Assembly: GCA_041640655.1 (NCBI GenBank) | Contig: JBEPZV010000032.1 | Location: forward strand, 1-28,202 | Length of the DNA: 28,202 nt | Reading direction: 5' to 3' | From: a bacterium | Lineage (GTDB): Bacteria > Acidobacteriota > Blastocatellia > HR10 | In this document: piece by piece, positions 1 to 8,162 of the stretch | Position numbering within the stretch: position 1 is the stretch's first letter | Layout of the letters: each line of letters begins with the position of its first letter | The notes under the pieces: generated by a model | What the model was told of the DNA's origin: nothing | The model's input: only the letters and a program-made list of their open reading frames with translations | Database searches by the model: none | Made by a program: the position numbers and the translations under genes

Positions 1-242
1 GCGGCCACCTCCTGGTTCGCCAGCTCCGTCCGAAAGCGCCGCCCATCGCGCAAGGTCCCGGTCACCCGATCGTCCTCGATGACGGCCTCGACGACCTGAT
101 GTTGCCGAATCGCGAGGACCAGGTCCGAGAAGGGCAGATCCGCCACCGCGCGCGTCGTGGAGGTTTGAAAGAAGTTATAGAGCAGCAGGGCACCGCCCAC
201 CATCAGGATCCAGAAGATCAACTGTCGCGCTCTCGAATCCAA
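1..242 (-). CDS. ftsH: ATP-dependent zinc metalloprotease FtsH, N-terminal part (runs off the window)
   Basis: Not in the ORF track. Manual translation from TTG at 242 (GGAGG upstream) gives MDSRARQLIFWILMVGGALLLYNFFQTSTTRAVADLPFSDLVLAIRQHQVVEAVIEDDRVTGTLRDGRRFRT: TM1 plus the extracytoplasmic domain typical of FtsH. Lies directly downstream of tilS, the usual synteny. Confidence 0.85.
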   Translation of the reverse strand, partial: MDSRARQLIFWILMVGGALLLYNFFQTSTTRAVADLPFSDLVLAIRQHQVVEAVIEDDRVTGTLRDGRRFRTELANQEVA

Positions 243-282
243 TGCCTGTCCCTCCTCTCTCAACCACCGACGTTCGAGTGTA

Positions 283-293
283 AGTGTACCACA
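283..293 (-). promoter_or_regulatory. Putative extended -10 promoter for ftsH
   Basis: Minus strand reads TGTGGTACACT (TRTGn-TAnnnT) in the tilS-ftsH gap. Confidence 0.45.
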
Positions 294-299
294 GAACGT

Positions 300-1706
300 T
301 CACCCTCGGCCACGTTCGAAGCGGATCACGGCCAGGCGCCGCGTGTCGGCCCCGACGGCGAAATCCGCAGCCACGGGAAGTCCCGGCGCGCACACGATGC
401 GATCATCATCCGCGGTGACGACCAGTGGCCAACGATCGCGTTCCGAGACGGGAATGCGATGCGCCCACATGAGCGTCTTGAGCTTGAGCGGCCGCCGGCG
501 TCCGGCCGGAGTGTACCGATCACCGGGCCGACGCGAGCGCACGGCCAAGCGCTCCGGCACGCGATCATCGTCCAGAAGGGCGAGACCTGCGCTCGGTGTC
601 GGAGCTTCGACCACACCGCGGTCGAACCGAAGCGTGAACCCGCCGACGCGCACCGGCTCGCCGGGGAGAAGTTCCACCCGATAAGGCTCCGGCGCCGCCG
701 GCGAGCGCACCAGTGTGAGCGCGTCGAATTCCCGCCAGACGACCAGCGGCACCGGCAGCAACACGCGACGCCCGCTTTTGTGGGGCTCCAGGAGTCGCTC
801 CAAAGCCTCCACATGCTGACTCGTCACGCGCCGCGTGTGCCCGCACATCTGCCGAATGGCTTCGCGCAGCAAGCGCGAGCGCAGCGCCGGATGATACGCT
901 CGCAATTTCTCCACCGAGAGCCGCATCGCGTCGTCATGCCGTGAGATGATCAGCTCGGGGAACAGGTTGCCGACGACTTCGTCAAAATACGCCTCGTCCA
1001 CGCGCAGGCGCTCGGCGGCGCGCCCAATGGCCTCCAGCGCCCGCGGGTTCAAGGCCATGAGCCGAGGCAAGATCTCCTGCCGCACGCGGGTGCGCCAGAG
1101 CTCGGCTTCGAAATTCGACCGATCCACGCGATAGGCGATCCCCAGCGCGTGACAATACGCGTGCGTCTCCTCACGCCGCACAGCTAAGAGCGGACGAATG
1201 ATCAGATCATCCACGATGGGATGAATGCCGCTCAATCCCTCCCCACCGGCCCCGCGCAACAACCGCATGAGGAACGTCTCGGCCTGATCCGTGAGCGTAT
1301 GACCGGTCGCGATCCGACGCGCGCCCACCTCCGCCGCCACGCGGCGCAGGAAGCGGTAGCGCACTTCGCGCGCGACTTCCTCGACATTCCTCCCCTCGGC
1401 GCGCGCCATCGCGCGCACGTCCTGACGCTCGCCGGTGAACGGCAGCCGCAAGCGCTCGGCGAGCTGTCGCACGAACGCTTCGTCCGCATCTGCCTCCTCG
1501 CCCCGAAGCTGATGGTTGAGATGCGCGACATGCAACCGCATCCGGGGATAGTCCGCGGCCCGCAGCTCGTTCAACAGATGCAGCAGGGCGACCGAATCCG
1601 CCCCCCCGGAGACGGCGACGACGACCAGATCCCCATCCTCGAGCATGCGGTATCGCGCGAGCGTCGCTCGAACCTTCCCTAGCAGCGCCGCTCGATCGAA
1701 CGCCAT
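300..1706 (-). CDS. tilS: tRNA(Ile)-lysidine synthetase
   Basis: PP-loop AVSGGADS, HLNHQLRG, AREVRY, GHTLTDQAET, IRPLL, and a C-terminal TilS_C region (RPGDR...LK...IP...RDRWPLV). Confidence 0.97.
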   Translation of the reverse strand: MAFDRAALLGKVRATLARYRMLEDGDLVVVAVSGGADSVALLHLLNELRAADYPRMRLHVAHLNHQLRGEEADADEAFVRQLAERLRLPFTGERQDVRAMARAEGRNVEEVAREVRYRFLRRVAAEVGARRIATGHTLTDQAETFLMRLLRGAGGEGLSGIHPIVDDLIIRPLLAVRREETHAYCHALGIAYRVDRSNFEAELWRTRVRQEILPRLMALNPRALEAIGRAAERLRVDEAYFDEVVGNLFPELIISRHDDAMRLSVEKLRAYHPALRSRLLREAIRQMCGHTRRVTSQHVEALERLLEPHKSGRRVLLPVPLVVWREFDALTLVRSPAAPEPYRVELLPGEPVRVGGFTLRFDRGVVEAPTPSAGLALLDDDRVPERLAVRSRRPGDRYTPAGRRRPLKLKTLMWAHRIPVSERDRWPLVVTADDDRIVCAPGLPVAADFAVGADTRRLAVIRFERGRG

Positions 1707-1736
1707 CCCCTCACCTCAGGACGCCAAAGCGCGGGA

Positions 1737-2963
1737 TCATCCGACGCTCTCCCTCTCCGGCTTCGGCTCCCACGGCGGCAGCGTGCAGCGCAAGGGCTTG
1801 TCGGTGCGGAAGCCCAAGAGGTAATCGGCCTGGATGAGTTTATGAATCTCGCGCGTCCCCTCGTAGATGACGGCCCCCTTGCAATTGCGATAGAACCGCT
1901 CGACCGGATACTCGTTCGAGTAGCCGTAGGCCCCGTAGATCTGCACCGCATTGGAGGCCGCGCGTTCGCTGGCGACGGTCGCGATCCACTTGGCGAGCGA
2001 GGTCTCGCGCGTGTTGCGCAGCCCCATGTTCTTCATCCATCCGGCGCGCAACCAGAGCAGTCGGCAGATCTGGTAATCCGCCTCCATCTCGGCGAGCATC
2101 TCTTTGACCAGTTGATGCTCGCCGATGAGCTTGCCGAAGGTGCGCCGCTCCAGCGCATACCGCACCGACGCATCGCGACACGCGCGGATGAGCCCGGTCG
2201 CTCCCGCGGCGACCGTGTAGCGCCCCTGATCCAGGGCGAACATGGCGATCTTGAAGCCTTCCCCCTCGTATCCGAGCAGATTCTCCTTCGGCACGCGCAC
2301 ATCCTGCATGGAGATCCATCCGGTGTTCCCCGCGCGAATCCCGAGCTTGCCGTGGATCGTCCCCGTCGTCAGCCCCGGCATGCCGCGCTCCAGAATGAAG
2401 GCCGAGATGCCCGAATGATCCCGGACTTTCTTCTTCTCCATGTCCGTCCAGGCGAAGACCAGGAAATGATCAGCGATGTCCGCCAAGCTGATCCACACTT
2501 TCTCCCCGTTGAGGATGTAATGATCGCCATCCCGAATGGCCGTCGCTTGCATCCCGACGACATCGGAGCCGGCATTGGGCTCGGTGAGGGCGTAGGTCGC
2601 CAACTTCTCCCCCTTCGCCTGAGGGACGAGATACCGCTGCTTCTGCTCCTCGGTCCCCCAGGTGAGCAATGTCAGCGAATTCAGCGCCACATGGACGGAC
2701 ATCGGGACGCGAAAGGCCGTGTCCACGTACTCCAACTCCTCGCACGCGAGGCCCAGCGCGATATAGTCGAATCCCGCCCCCCCATACTCCTCCGGGATGC
2801 AGATGCCCAAGAGGCCCAATTCCCCCATCTTCCGCAGGATCGTCGGATCGGTCTCCCCCTTCTCGTCCAGCTCCTTAATGCGCGGTGCGATCTCACGCGC
2901 GGCGAATTCGCGCACCATCTTCTCGACCGCGAGATGATCCTCCGTCAATCGGAAATCAATCAT
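1737..2963 (-). CDS. Acyl-CoA dehydrogenase family protein
   Basis: ALTEPNAGSD, LNGEKVWIS, RRTFGKLIGEHQ, QIYGAYGY, IYEGT. Start reassigned to ATG 2963 (GGAGGG RBS; ATGA overlap with the upstream gene). Substrate not determinable. Confidence 0.95.
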   Translation of the reverse strand: MIDFRLTEDHLAVEKMVREFAAREIAPRIKELDEKGETDPTILRKMGELGLLGICIPEEYGGAGFDYIALGLACEELEYVDTAFRVPMSVHVALNSLTLLTWGTEEQKQRYLVPQAKGEKLATYALTEPNAGSDVVGMQATAIRDGDHYILNGEKVWISLADIADHFLVFAWTDMEKKKVRDHSGISAFILERGMPGLTTGTIHGKLGIRAGNTGWISMQDVRVPKENLLGYEGEGFKIAMFALDQGRYTVAAGATGLIRACRDASVRYALERRTFGKLIGEHQLVKEMLAEMEADYQICRLLWLRAGWMKNMGLRNTRETSLAKWIATVASERAASNAVQIYGAYGYSNEYPVERFYRNCKGAVIYEGTREIHKLIQADYLLGFRTDKPLRCTLPPWEPKPERESVG

Positions 2964-3619
2964 GGCCGCCCTCCTCCTTGCAAGAATGGATTCGTGCGGC
3001 GTTCTCTCCCCAAGGTCGTCGCCGGACCATGTCCACTGTACACGCGAATGTGATCGCCGAGCGGCAACAGCTTCTCCGTGATGGAGCGCAAGAGCATGGA
3101 CCATGATCCTCCGGGCAGGTCCGTCCGCCCTACCGATCCCGCAAAGAGCGTATCGCCGACGAAGAGGATGTCCTCGAGAAGGAACGACATCCCCCCCGGC
3201 GTATGTCCTGGGGTGTGAAGGGCGGTGATCCGATGATCACCAACACGTAACTCCTCTCCATCCGAGAGCCAGTGATCCGGAGTCGGCCCCGGCCGGACGC
3301 GCATGCCGAAGAGCGCCCCCCACTCGACCATGCGCTCGTACAGGAAGAGATCATCGGGGTGCAAACAGATGGGCGCCCCCGTGGCCGCTTTCACCTCGGC
3401 GACCGCCCCCACGTGATCCACATGCCCGTGCGTGCAAAGGATGTACTTCGGCACGAGCCGATGTCGGGAGAGAAATTCCAGGATCACGTCGGGCTCATAT
3501 CCCGGATCAATGATGACCGCTTCGCGCGTCCGCGCGCACCCGACGACATAGGTGTTCATCCAGAATGGACCAACCGGCTGCGTCTCGAGGATCACGCCGC
3601 GATCTTCACACATGCTCAT
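2960..3619 (-). CDS. MBL-fold metallo-hydrolase (glyoxalase II / YcbL-like)
   Basis: THGHVDH, HTPGHTPGG, GDTLFAGSVGRTDLPGG, GHGPATT...ERRTNPF. Start ATG 3619 (or 3613). Confidence 0.93.
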   Translation of the reverse strand: MSMCEDRGVILETQPVGPFWMNTYVVGCARTREAVIIDPGYEPDVILEFLSRHRLVPKYILCTHGHVDHVGAVAEVKAATGAPICLHPDDLFLYERMVEWGALFGMRVRPGPTPDHWLSDGEELRVGDHRITALHTPGHTPGGMSFLLEDILFVGDTLFAGSVGRTDLPGGSWSMLLRSITEKLLPLGDHIRVYSGHGPATTLGRERRTNPFLQGGGRP

Positions 3620-3646
3620 GACGACGCCCTCACTGATCGCTCGTAC

Positions 3647-3676
3647 ATTGTGCCCGATTTTCGGAGAGCCTGGCAA
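3647..3676 (-). promoter_or_regulatory. Putative sigma70 promoter for the MBL-ACAD-tilS-ftsH run
   Basis: Minus strand TTGCCA-N18-CACAAT. Confidence 0.4.
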
Positions 3677-3741
3677 GGGAGAGGGGGCGAAGCCCTGGAT
3701 GGACGAGGGCCTCCGTTGCGTGGGATTTCTCTCGGCCGGCT

Positions 3742-3770
3742 TTGTCCCCTCCCGCGGGAAGTGCTATTAT
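3742..3770 (+). promoter_or_regulatory. Putative sigma70 promoter for the gene at 3812
   Basis: TTGTCC-N17-TATTAT with a TG extension (gTGcTATTAT). Confidence 0.55.
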
Positions 3771-3811
3771 AAGTCGGGTCATCCGAGAGAGCGTGCGTGG
3801 AGGCAACAGGT

Positions 3812-4762
3812 ATGAGCAAGCCGCCGGAGCGATCGTCCCGCCCTCGACTGATCAAAAAAGGGGCCACCTCCGATGGACGTCCCGAGGATCGCGTCGCGTA
3901 TCCCGTTGAGGCGACTCCAGGCTCCTCGCCGAAGGAACTCCCCCGCGAGCAGAAGAAGACGCCGACGGGGCCTCGCGCGGGACGATCCCCAATGGCCGCG
4001 CGTCCTTCGCAAGGGACAGATCGTCCGCTTCGGCGCGCTCCGGTCTCAGGGTCGGACCAATGGGGACTTCTTCCAGATCGTCCGCTCTTCCCCTCGGCCG
4101 GACGGGCGGCCAAGCGGCAGCCGCTCCAACGAAGCCAACCGAAGGTCAAACGGCGCGCAGCTCCGCGAAAACGCGCCCGAGCGAGGTTCGCGCCACCGGT
4201 TCCGAAGAAGCTCACGCCTGAACAGCGCCGTCAGATCGAAGAGCGCTATCGCGCGATGGTGGCCTCGGGCGAGCGACCGCCGGAGGGACGACGTAAGATG
4301 ATCGCTCGAGAGATGGGCTTGCCCTACGCGCTCGTCTCCGAGGTCGTCAAGAACTACCTGCATCGCGAGCGCCTGCGACGCACGAACTTCGAGATCGAGA
4401 AGATCTACTGGCGCGAAGTCCTCGCCGGGCAGGACGATGCCCATGCGATCGTCGAGCGCGCGGCTGCTCACTTGAAGCTCGATCCGGGGCGCGTCTGGTG
4501 GTGGCTGGAGAAGCTGCACGAATGGCGCAAAGCGCTCGACGCCGAGCCAGAGGTGAGCGAGATCGAGCGTGCCACGATCCTCGCCCTCTATCAGGAATAC
4601 CTGAAGCGCGACGCGCCTCCGGAGAAGGGACTGCATCTGCTGATCAGCGAGACGGTCGGCAGCGTCACGCCGCGCCAGGTGCACAAGACCCTGCTGCAAT
4701 ATCGCCTGAGCTTCTGGAACCAACTGAAGAACAACGTACGTCCGGATCGCGTCGCGTCCTGA
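3812..4762 (+). CDS. Hypothetical protein: basic low-complexity N-terminus plus three tandem ~50-aa helical repeats
   Basis: GGAGG RBS before ATG 3812; promoter upstream; internal repeats LTPEQRRQIEERY.., TNFEIEKIY.., VSEIERATILALY.. Confidence 0.8.
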   Translation: MSKPPERSSRPRLIKKGATSDGRPEDRVAYPVEATPGSSPKELPREQKKTPTGPRAGRSPMAARPSQGTDRPLRRAPVSGSDQWGLLPDRPLFPSAGRAAKRQPLQRSQPKVKRRAAPRKRARARFAPPVPKKLTPEQRRQIEERYRAMVASGERPPEGRRKMIAREMGLPYALVSEVVKNYLHRERLRRTNFEIEKIYWREVLAGQDDAHAIVERAAAHLKLDPGRVWWWLEKLHEWRKALDAEPEVSEIERATILALYQEYLKRDAPPEKGLHLLISETVGSVTPRQVHKTLLQYRLSFWNQLKNNVRPDRVAS

Positions 4763-4767
4763 CGGCA

Positions 4768-4797
4768 TTGCCAAGAACACGCGCCACCGCGTAAAAT
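4768..4797 (+). promoter_or_regulatory. Putative sigma70 promoter for the gene at 4809 (very short leader)
   Basis: TTGCCA-N18-TAAAAT, ending 11 nt before the ATG. Confidence 0.5.
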
Positions 4798-4808
4798 CAC
4801 GGCGCAAG

Positions 4809-5534
4809 ATGACGGGACGACTTTTGAGAGGAAGACGGCCAAGGCGTGAGCGCGCGCTTCTTGGGCTGCTGTTGCTCCTCCCCCTTGGACTCGTTCACGC
4901 GCAATCCGCCTCTTCGGTGCCGGAGCTGCAACGCGCCGAGGCGAACCTGGAGCAGGCCAACGTTGCCTTGCGCGCGGCCGAGGAGCACGCGCGAGCGGCT
5001 CAAGAGAAGGTGGAGCGTCTGCGCGCGTTGTATGCGCGAGGGCTCATCGCCCGTCGTGATCTCGAATGGGCCGAGTTGGAAGCGCGGACGGCACAAGCTC
5101 GATTAGAGGCCGCGCGCGAGGTCGAACGACTGGCGCGAGATGCCCTCGCGCGCGCTCGGGAGTACGCCGAGCGAGCCGCCGAGCGCGAGCGCCGACGGCC
5201 ATCGCTCTCGCGCGCCCTTGTGCGCGTGGCGCGCTCCTATGGAGCGGGACGCTTCACCCTCGATGCTCTCGGTGCCCTCATGCGCGCCTATCAGAAGCGC
5301 TTCGGCGCTCCGCTGCCCATCAGCGCGTTCGGACAAACGCCCACGCACGATCGCCTCGGTTTGGATCATCGCGGGCGTGTGGACATCGCCCTGCATCCGG
5401 AGAGCGAGCAGGGACGCTGGGTGCTCGACTACCTGACTCGACGCGGCATCCCCTACATCGCCTTCAGCGACGAAGTCCCGAACTCCGCCACAGGCGCTCA
5501 TATTCACGTCGGCCTGCCCTCCGCGCGAAAGTAA
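4809..5534 (+). CDS. Secreted coiled-coil protein with a C-terminal His/Asp-motif domain
   Basis: Signal peptide (LLGLLLLLPLGLVHA-Q); efflux-protein-like helical hairpin (LYARGLIARRDLE); C-terminal domain with DHRGRVD and HIHVG. Confidence 0.8.
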   Translation: MTGRLLRGRRPRRERALLGLLLLLPLGLVHAQSASSVPELQRAEANLEQANVALRAAEEHARAAQEKVERLRALYARGLIARRDLEWAELEARTAQARLEAAREVERLARDALARAREYAERAAERERRRPSLSRALVRVARSYGAGRFTLDALGALMRAYQKRFGAPLPISAFGQTPTHDRLGLDHRGRVDIALHPESEQGRWVLDYLTRRGIPYIAFSDEVPNSATGAHIHVGLPSARK

Positions 5535-5597
5535 GCTGCCCCTACAGCGATGCGCCTCCCCGCCCGGAACGACCGCGTCGAAGAGGCGAGATCGAAC

Positions 5598-7010
5598 ATG
5601 AGACGTTGGCATCCCCTCTCGCTGCGAGCGAAGCTGACCCTCTGGTATGTGGGCGTGATGGCGGGCGTTCTCATCACCTCCGGGATCGTCTTGCACCTCT
5701 CCTTATCCCGAAGCCTGCGCCACGCCGTGGACGTCGCGCTCGACCAGCAAGTGCGGCTCATCGAGGCGCGATTGCGCGCCCTCGAACAGGGAGAAGACTT
5801 CCGCGAACCGCGCGCGGAGCGATTCACCATCGCGCCGGCCTTCGTCGAATTGATCACCCCCGAGGGAGCAGTCGCCGACGTTGCCGCCGCCTCGGAGAAC
5901 GACCGCGTCCCCATCCGTCCGGAGACGCTCGAGCGCGTCCGCCGGAGTCGGGAGCCAATCAGCGAGGACGCGCGCACACCCGATGGCCGTGCGATGCGCG
6001 TCGTCACCTGGCGGGTCCTGGACGCGCGCGGAGAAGTGGACGCCTTCATCCGCGCCGGATATGTCATCGAGGATATTCGTCGGGCCGAACGAAAGCTCCT
6101 GACGACGTTGATGCTCACGATCACCCTGGCCCTGATCGCCGCGAGCCTCGGTGGTCTGGGTATCGCGGCGAGAGCCCTTCAGCCGGTGGACCGCCTCACG
6201 CGCGCCGCGCGCGCCATCACCGCGCGCACGCTCACGGAGCGCGTCGAAGTCCCCCCCTCGCGAGATGAGCTGGCTCGCCTGGCGGAGACGTTCAACGAGA
6301 TGATCACCCGACTCCGTGAAGCCTTCGAGCGAGAGCGGCGTTTCACCGAGGATGCTTCTCATGAGCTGCGCACACCGTTGGCGATCCTTCGCTCGAATCT
6401 CGAGATCGCTCTGCGCCGCGAACGCTCCGCCGAGGAGTATCAGCAAGTCCTGCGCCGATGCCTGGACGAGATCTTGCGCTTGAGCGCGCTGGCCGATGAT
6501 CTCCTCCTGCTGGCTCGCTCCGAGAGCGGGAGGCTCGCCCTCGACTTCACCCCCCTCCGGCTCGATGCCCTCGCTCGTGACATCTTCGAGCAGATCCGCC
6601 CGATCGCTGAAACGCGCCACCTCGATCTCGCGCTTCAGGATTCGGGCGAGCCGCTCACGGTCCTGGGTGATGAACGGCGACTGCGACGTGCGCTCCTCAA
6701 TCTCCTCGACAACGCACTGAAGTTCACCCCTGCGGGGGGACGCATCACGCTCCGATTGAGTCGAACCGAAAGGCGAGCGCGCGTGGACGTCGAGGACACA
6801 GGGTGCGGAATCTCCGCAGAGGATCTCCCCCATATCTTCGAGCGCTTCTACCGACGCTCTTCCGGAGAGATGCCGGGCTCGGGCCTGGGCCTCGCCATCT
6901 GCCGATGGATCGTCGAGGCGCACGGCGGCGTGATCCGGGTCGAGAGCGAGGTCGGCCGAGGCAGCCGCTTCACCATCGAGCTGCCGCTCGCGGGAACTGA
7001 GGAAGGATGA
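5598..7010 (+). CDS. Membrane sensor histidine kinase (2 TM, HAMP, HisKA, HATPase; CusS/CzcS-like architecture)
   Basis: H-box DASHELRTPL, N-box NLLDNALKFT, DTGCGI, FERFYR, GSGLGLAI; HAMP motif DELARLAETFNEM. Alternative start at 5550. Confidence 0.95.
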   Translation: MRRWHPLSLRAKLTLWYVGVMAGVLITSGIVLHLSLSRSLRHAVDVALDQQVRLIEARLRALEQGEDFREPRAERFTIAPAFVELITPEGAVADVAAASENDRVPIRPETLERVRRSREPISEDARTPDGRAMRVVTWRVLDARGEVDAFIRAGYVIEDIRRAERKLLTTLMLTITLALIAASLGGLGIAARALQPVDRLTRAARAITARTLTERVEVPPSRDELARLAETFNEMITRLREAFERERRFTEDASHELRTPLAILRSNLEIALRRERSAEEYQQVLRRCLDEILRLSALADDLLLLARSESGRLALDFTPLRLDALARDIFEQIRPIAETRHLDLALQDSGEPLTVLGDERRLRRALLNLLDNALKFTPAGGRITLRLSRTERRARVDVEDTGCGISAEDLPHIFERFYRRSSGEMPGSGLGLAICRWIVEAHGGVIRVESEVGRGSRFTIELPLAGTEEG

Positions 7011-7069
7011 AGCCAACGCTTACGCGAAACCCTTACGTCATCCCCTCAGCGGGCCGACGTCGAAGCTCA

Positions 7070-7306
7070 TCAGCACCATCTGGCGTAACACCCCGCGACG
7101 ACGCATGCCAGACAAGCGGCCCTCGCATGATGAGTGGGCAATTGCATACATCGACTCCCATAGATTTGGACGCACCAATAAAACGCTGTAGGGTTGCGAC
7201 ACTCTATGCCAGGCTCTGGAGGCATCTCGCCGCTCTGAGGCACCAGAGGTCGCTGTAACATGAGCCCACCGAGAAGAGCAACCAACACCTCTCGCCGCGT
7301 GGGCAT
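7070..7306 (-). CDS. Small exported cysteine-rich protein (78 aa, 7 Cys)
   Basis: Strong AAGGAGG RBS within the end of the upstream gene; TRREVL plus a hydrophobic leader; Cys at 36,45,53,65,68,73,78; double stop TGATGA. Confidence 0.7.
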   Translation of the reverse strand: MPTRREVLVALLGGLMLQRPLVPQSGEMPPEPGIECRNPTAFYWCVQIYGSRCMQLPTHHARAACLACVVAGCYARWC

Positions 7307-7308
7307 AT

Positions 7309-7794
7309 CTACTCCTCCTTCCGTCGATCCATGAACCGTTGCAGCTCTTTCTCCTGTTGCTGGATAAGCCTTTGCAGCATCGGTTCAAGTTCAGGACAGA
7401 CGGGTCCCTCGTCCTGCCACTCCTGAAGTACCCGGAGCGACCTTCGATAAACTCCTTCATCGTAGACGATCTCCATCTGCTCAAATCGCACGACCATCTC
7501 CTCCAACAGCTCCTTGACGCTCAAGAAAAAGCGGGCCACGCATGTCCCCACCAAGCGCCGCTCGATCAGAAGCTCGCGGAGAAATCGCTCCCGAAGCTGA
7601 TCCAGCCGCCGACGATACTCATGCGCGAGGGCTCGAAGTCCCTCGATCCCCTCAGGCGCGCCGACCCGAACGATATCGCCTCGCTCGAGAGCCTCCAAGG
7701 TTCCATAAGAAATGGAATCCAATATGTATCCCACTCCCATGAGCCCAAGGATCGCTTGGATTCGCTCTTCCATGTCTCGTTCCGCTTCGGTCAT
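7309..7794 (-). CDS. Hypothetical all-helical protein (161 aa), possibly a ferritin-like four-helix bundle
   Basis: GGAGGAG upstream of ATG 7794 (alternative 7773); Glu/Arg/Leu-rich amphipathic helices; stop 2 nt before the next ATG. The 5' extension to 8208 in the ORF track is not protein-like. Confidence 0.7.
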   Translation of the reverse strand: MTEAERDMEERIQAILGLMGVGYILDSISYGTLEALERGDIVRVGAPEGIEGLRALAHEYRRRLDQLRERFLRELLIERRLVGTCVARFFLSVKELLEEMVVRFEQMEIVYDEGVYRRSLRVLQEWQDEGPVCPELEPMLQRLIQQQEKELQRFMDRRKEE

Positions 7795-7838
7795 ACGCCC
7801 CTGCTCCTCCGGCGATGGTTCACCCTCACGGCACCCAG

Positions 7839-7859
7839 ATTGTACTGTCTGTCTGTCAA
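7839..7859 (-). promoter_or_regulatory. Promoter-like element TT(GACA)3G-TACAAT (-35/-10 with a 9-bp repeat spacer)
   Basis: Plus strand attgta-ctgtctgtc-tgtcaa; about 45 nt upstream of ATG 7794; related copy at 12832-12848. Confidence 0.6.
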
Positions 7860-7887
7860 GTCCATCTTCAGCTTTTTCCCGACGCGC

Positions 7888-7996
7888 GGAGATGGAGATG
7901 GGCGACTCATCGAGCCGAAGAAGGAACCAAAGGCGAGGAGCGGCTTTCGCTGATCGCCTCCAAAATGGTCCATCTGTCGCGCCCATCGCCATCTCC
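7888..7996. repeat. Long imperfect inverted repeat / hairpin (17-bp arms, 16/17 match)
   Basis: GGAGATGGAGATGGGCG (7888-7904) vs CGCCCATCGCCATCTCC (7980-7996), with nested stems ACCA/TGGT, AGGCGA/TCGCCT and AGCG/CGCT. Confidence 0.75.
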
Positions 7997-8162
7997 CGGC
8001 CCCCTGAAAGCCGGAAGCTCCCTCCGCCAATTGCGACGGGATAATAAGGCCGCGCAGACGACTCAAGATACCCCAAAGAGGGGTGAAAATTCCCACACGT
8101 GTCAGAGCTTGGACCTTTTGGTGAAAAAATATTGGTAGCCTTCCAATCGGGAGAACTGGCAC

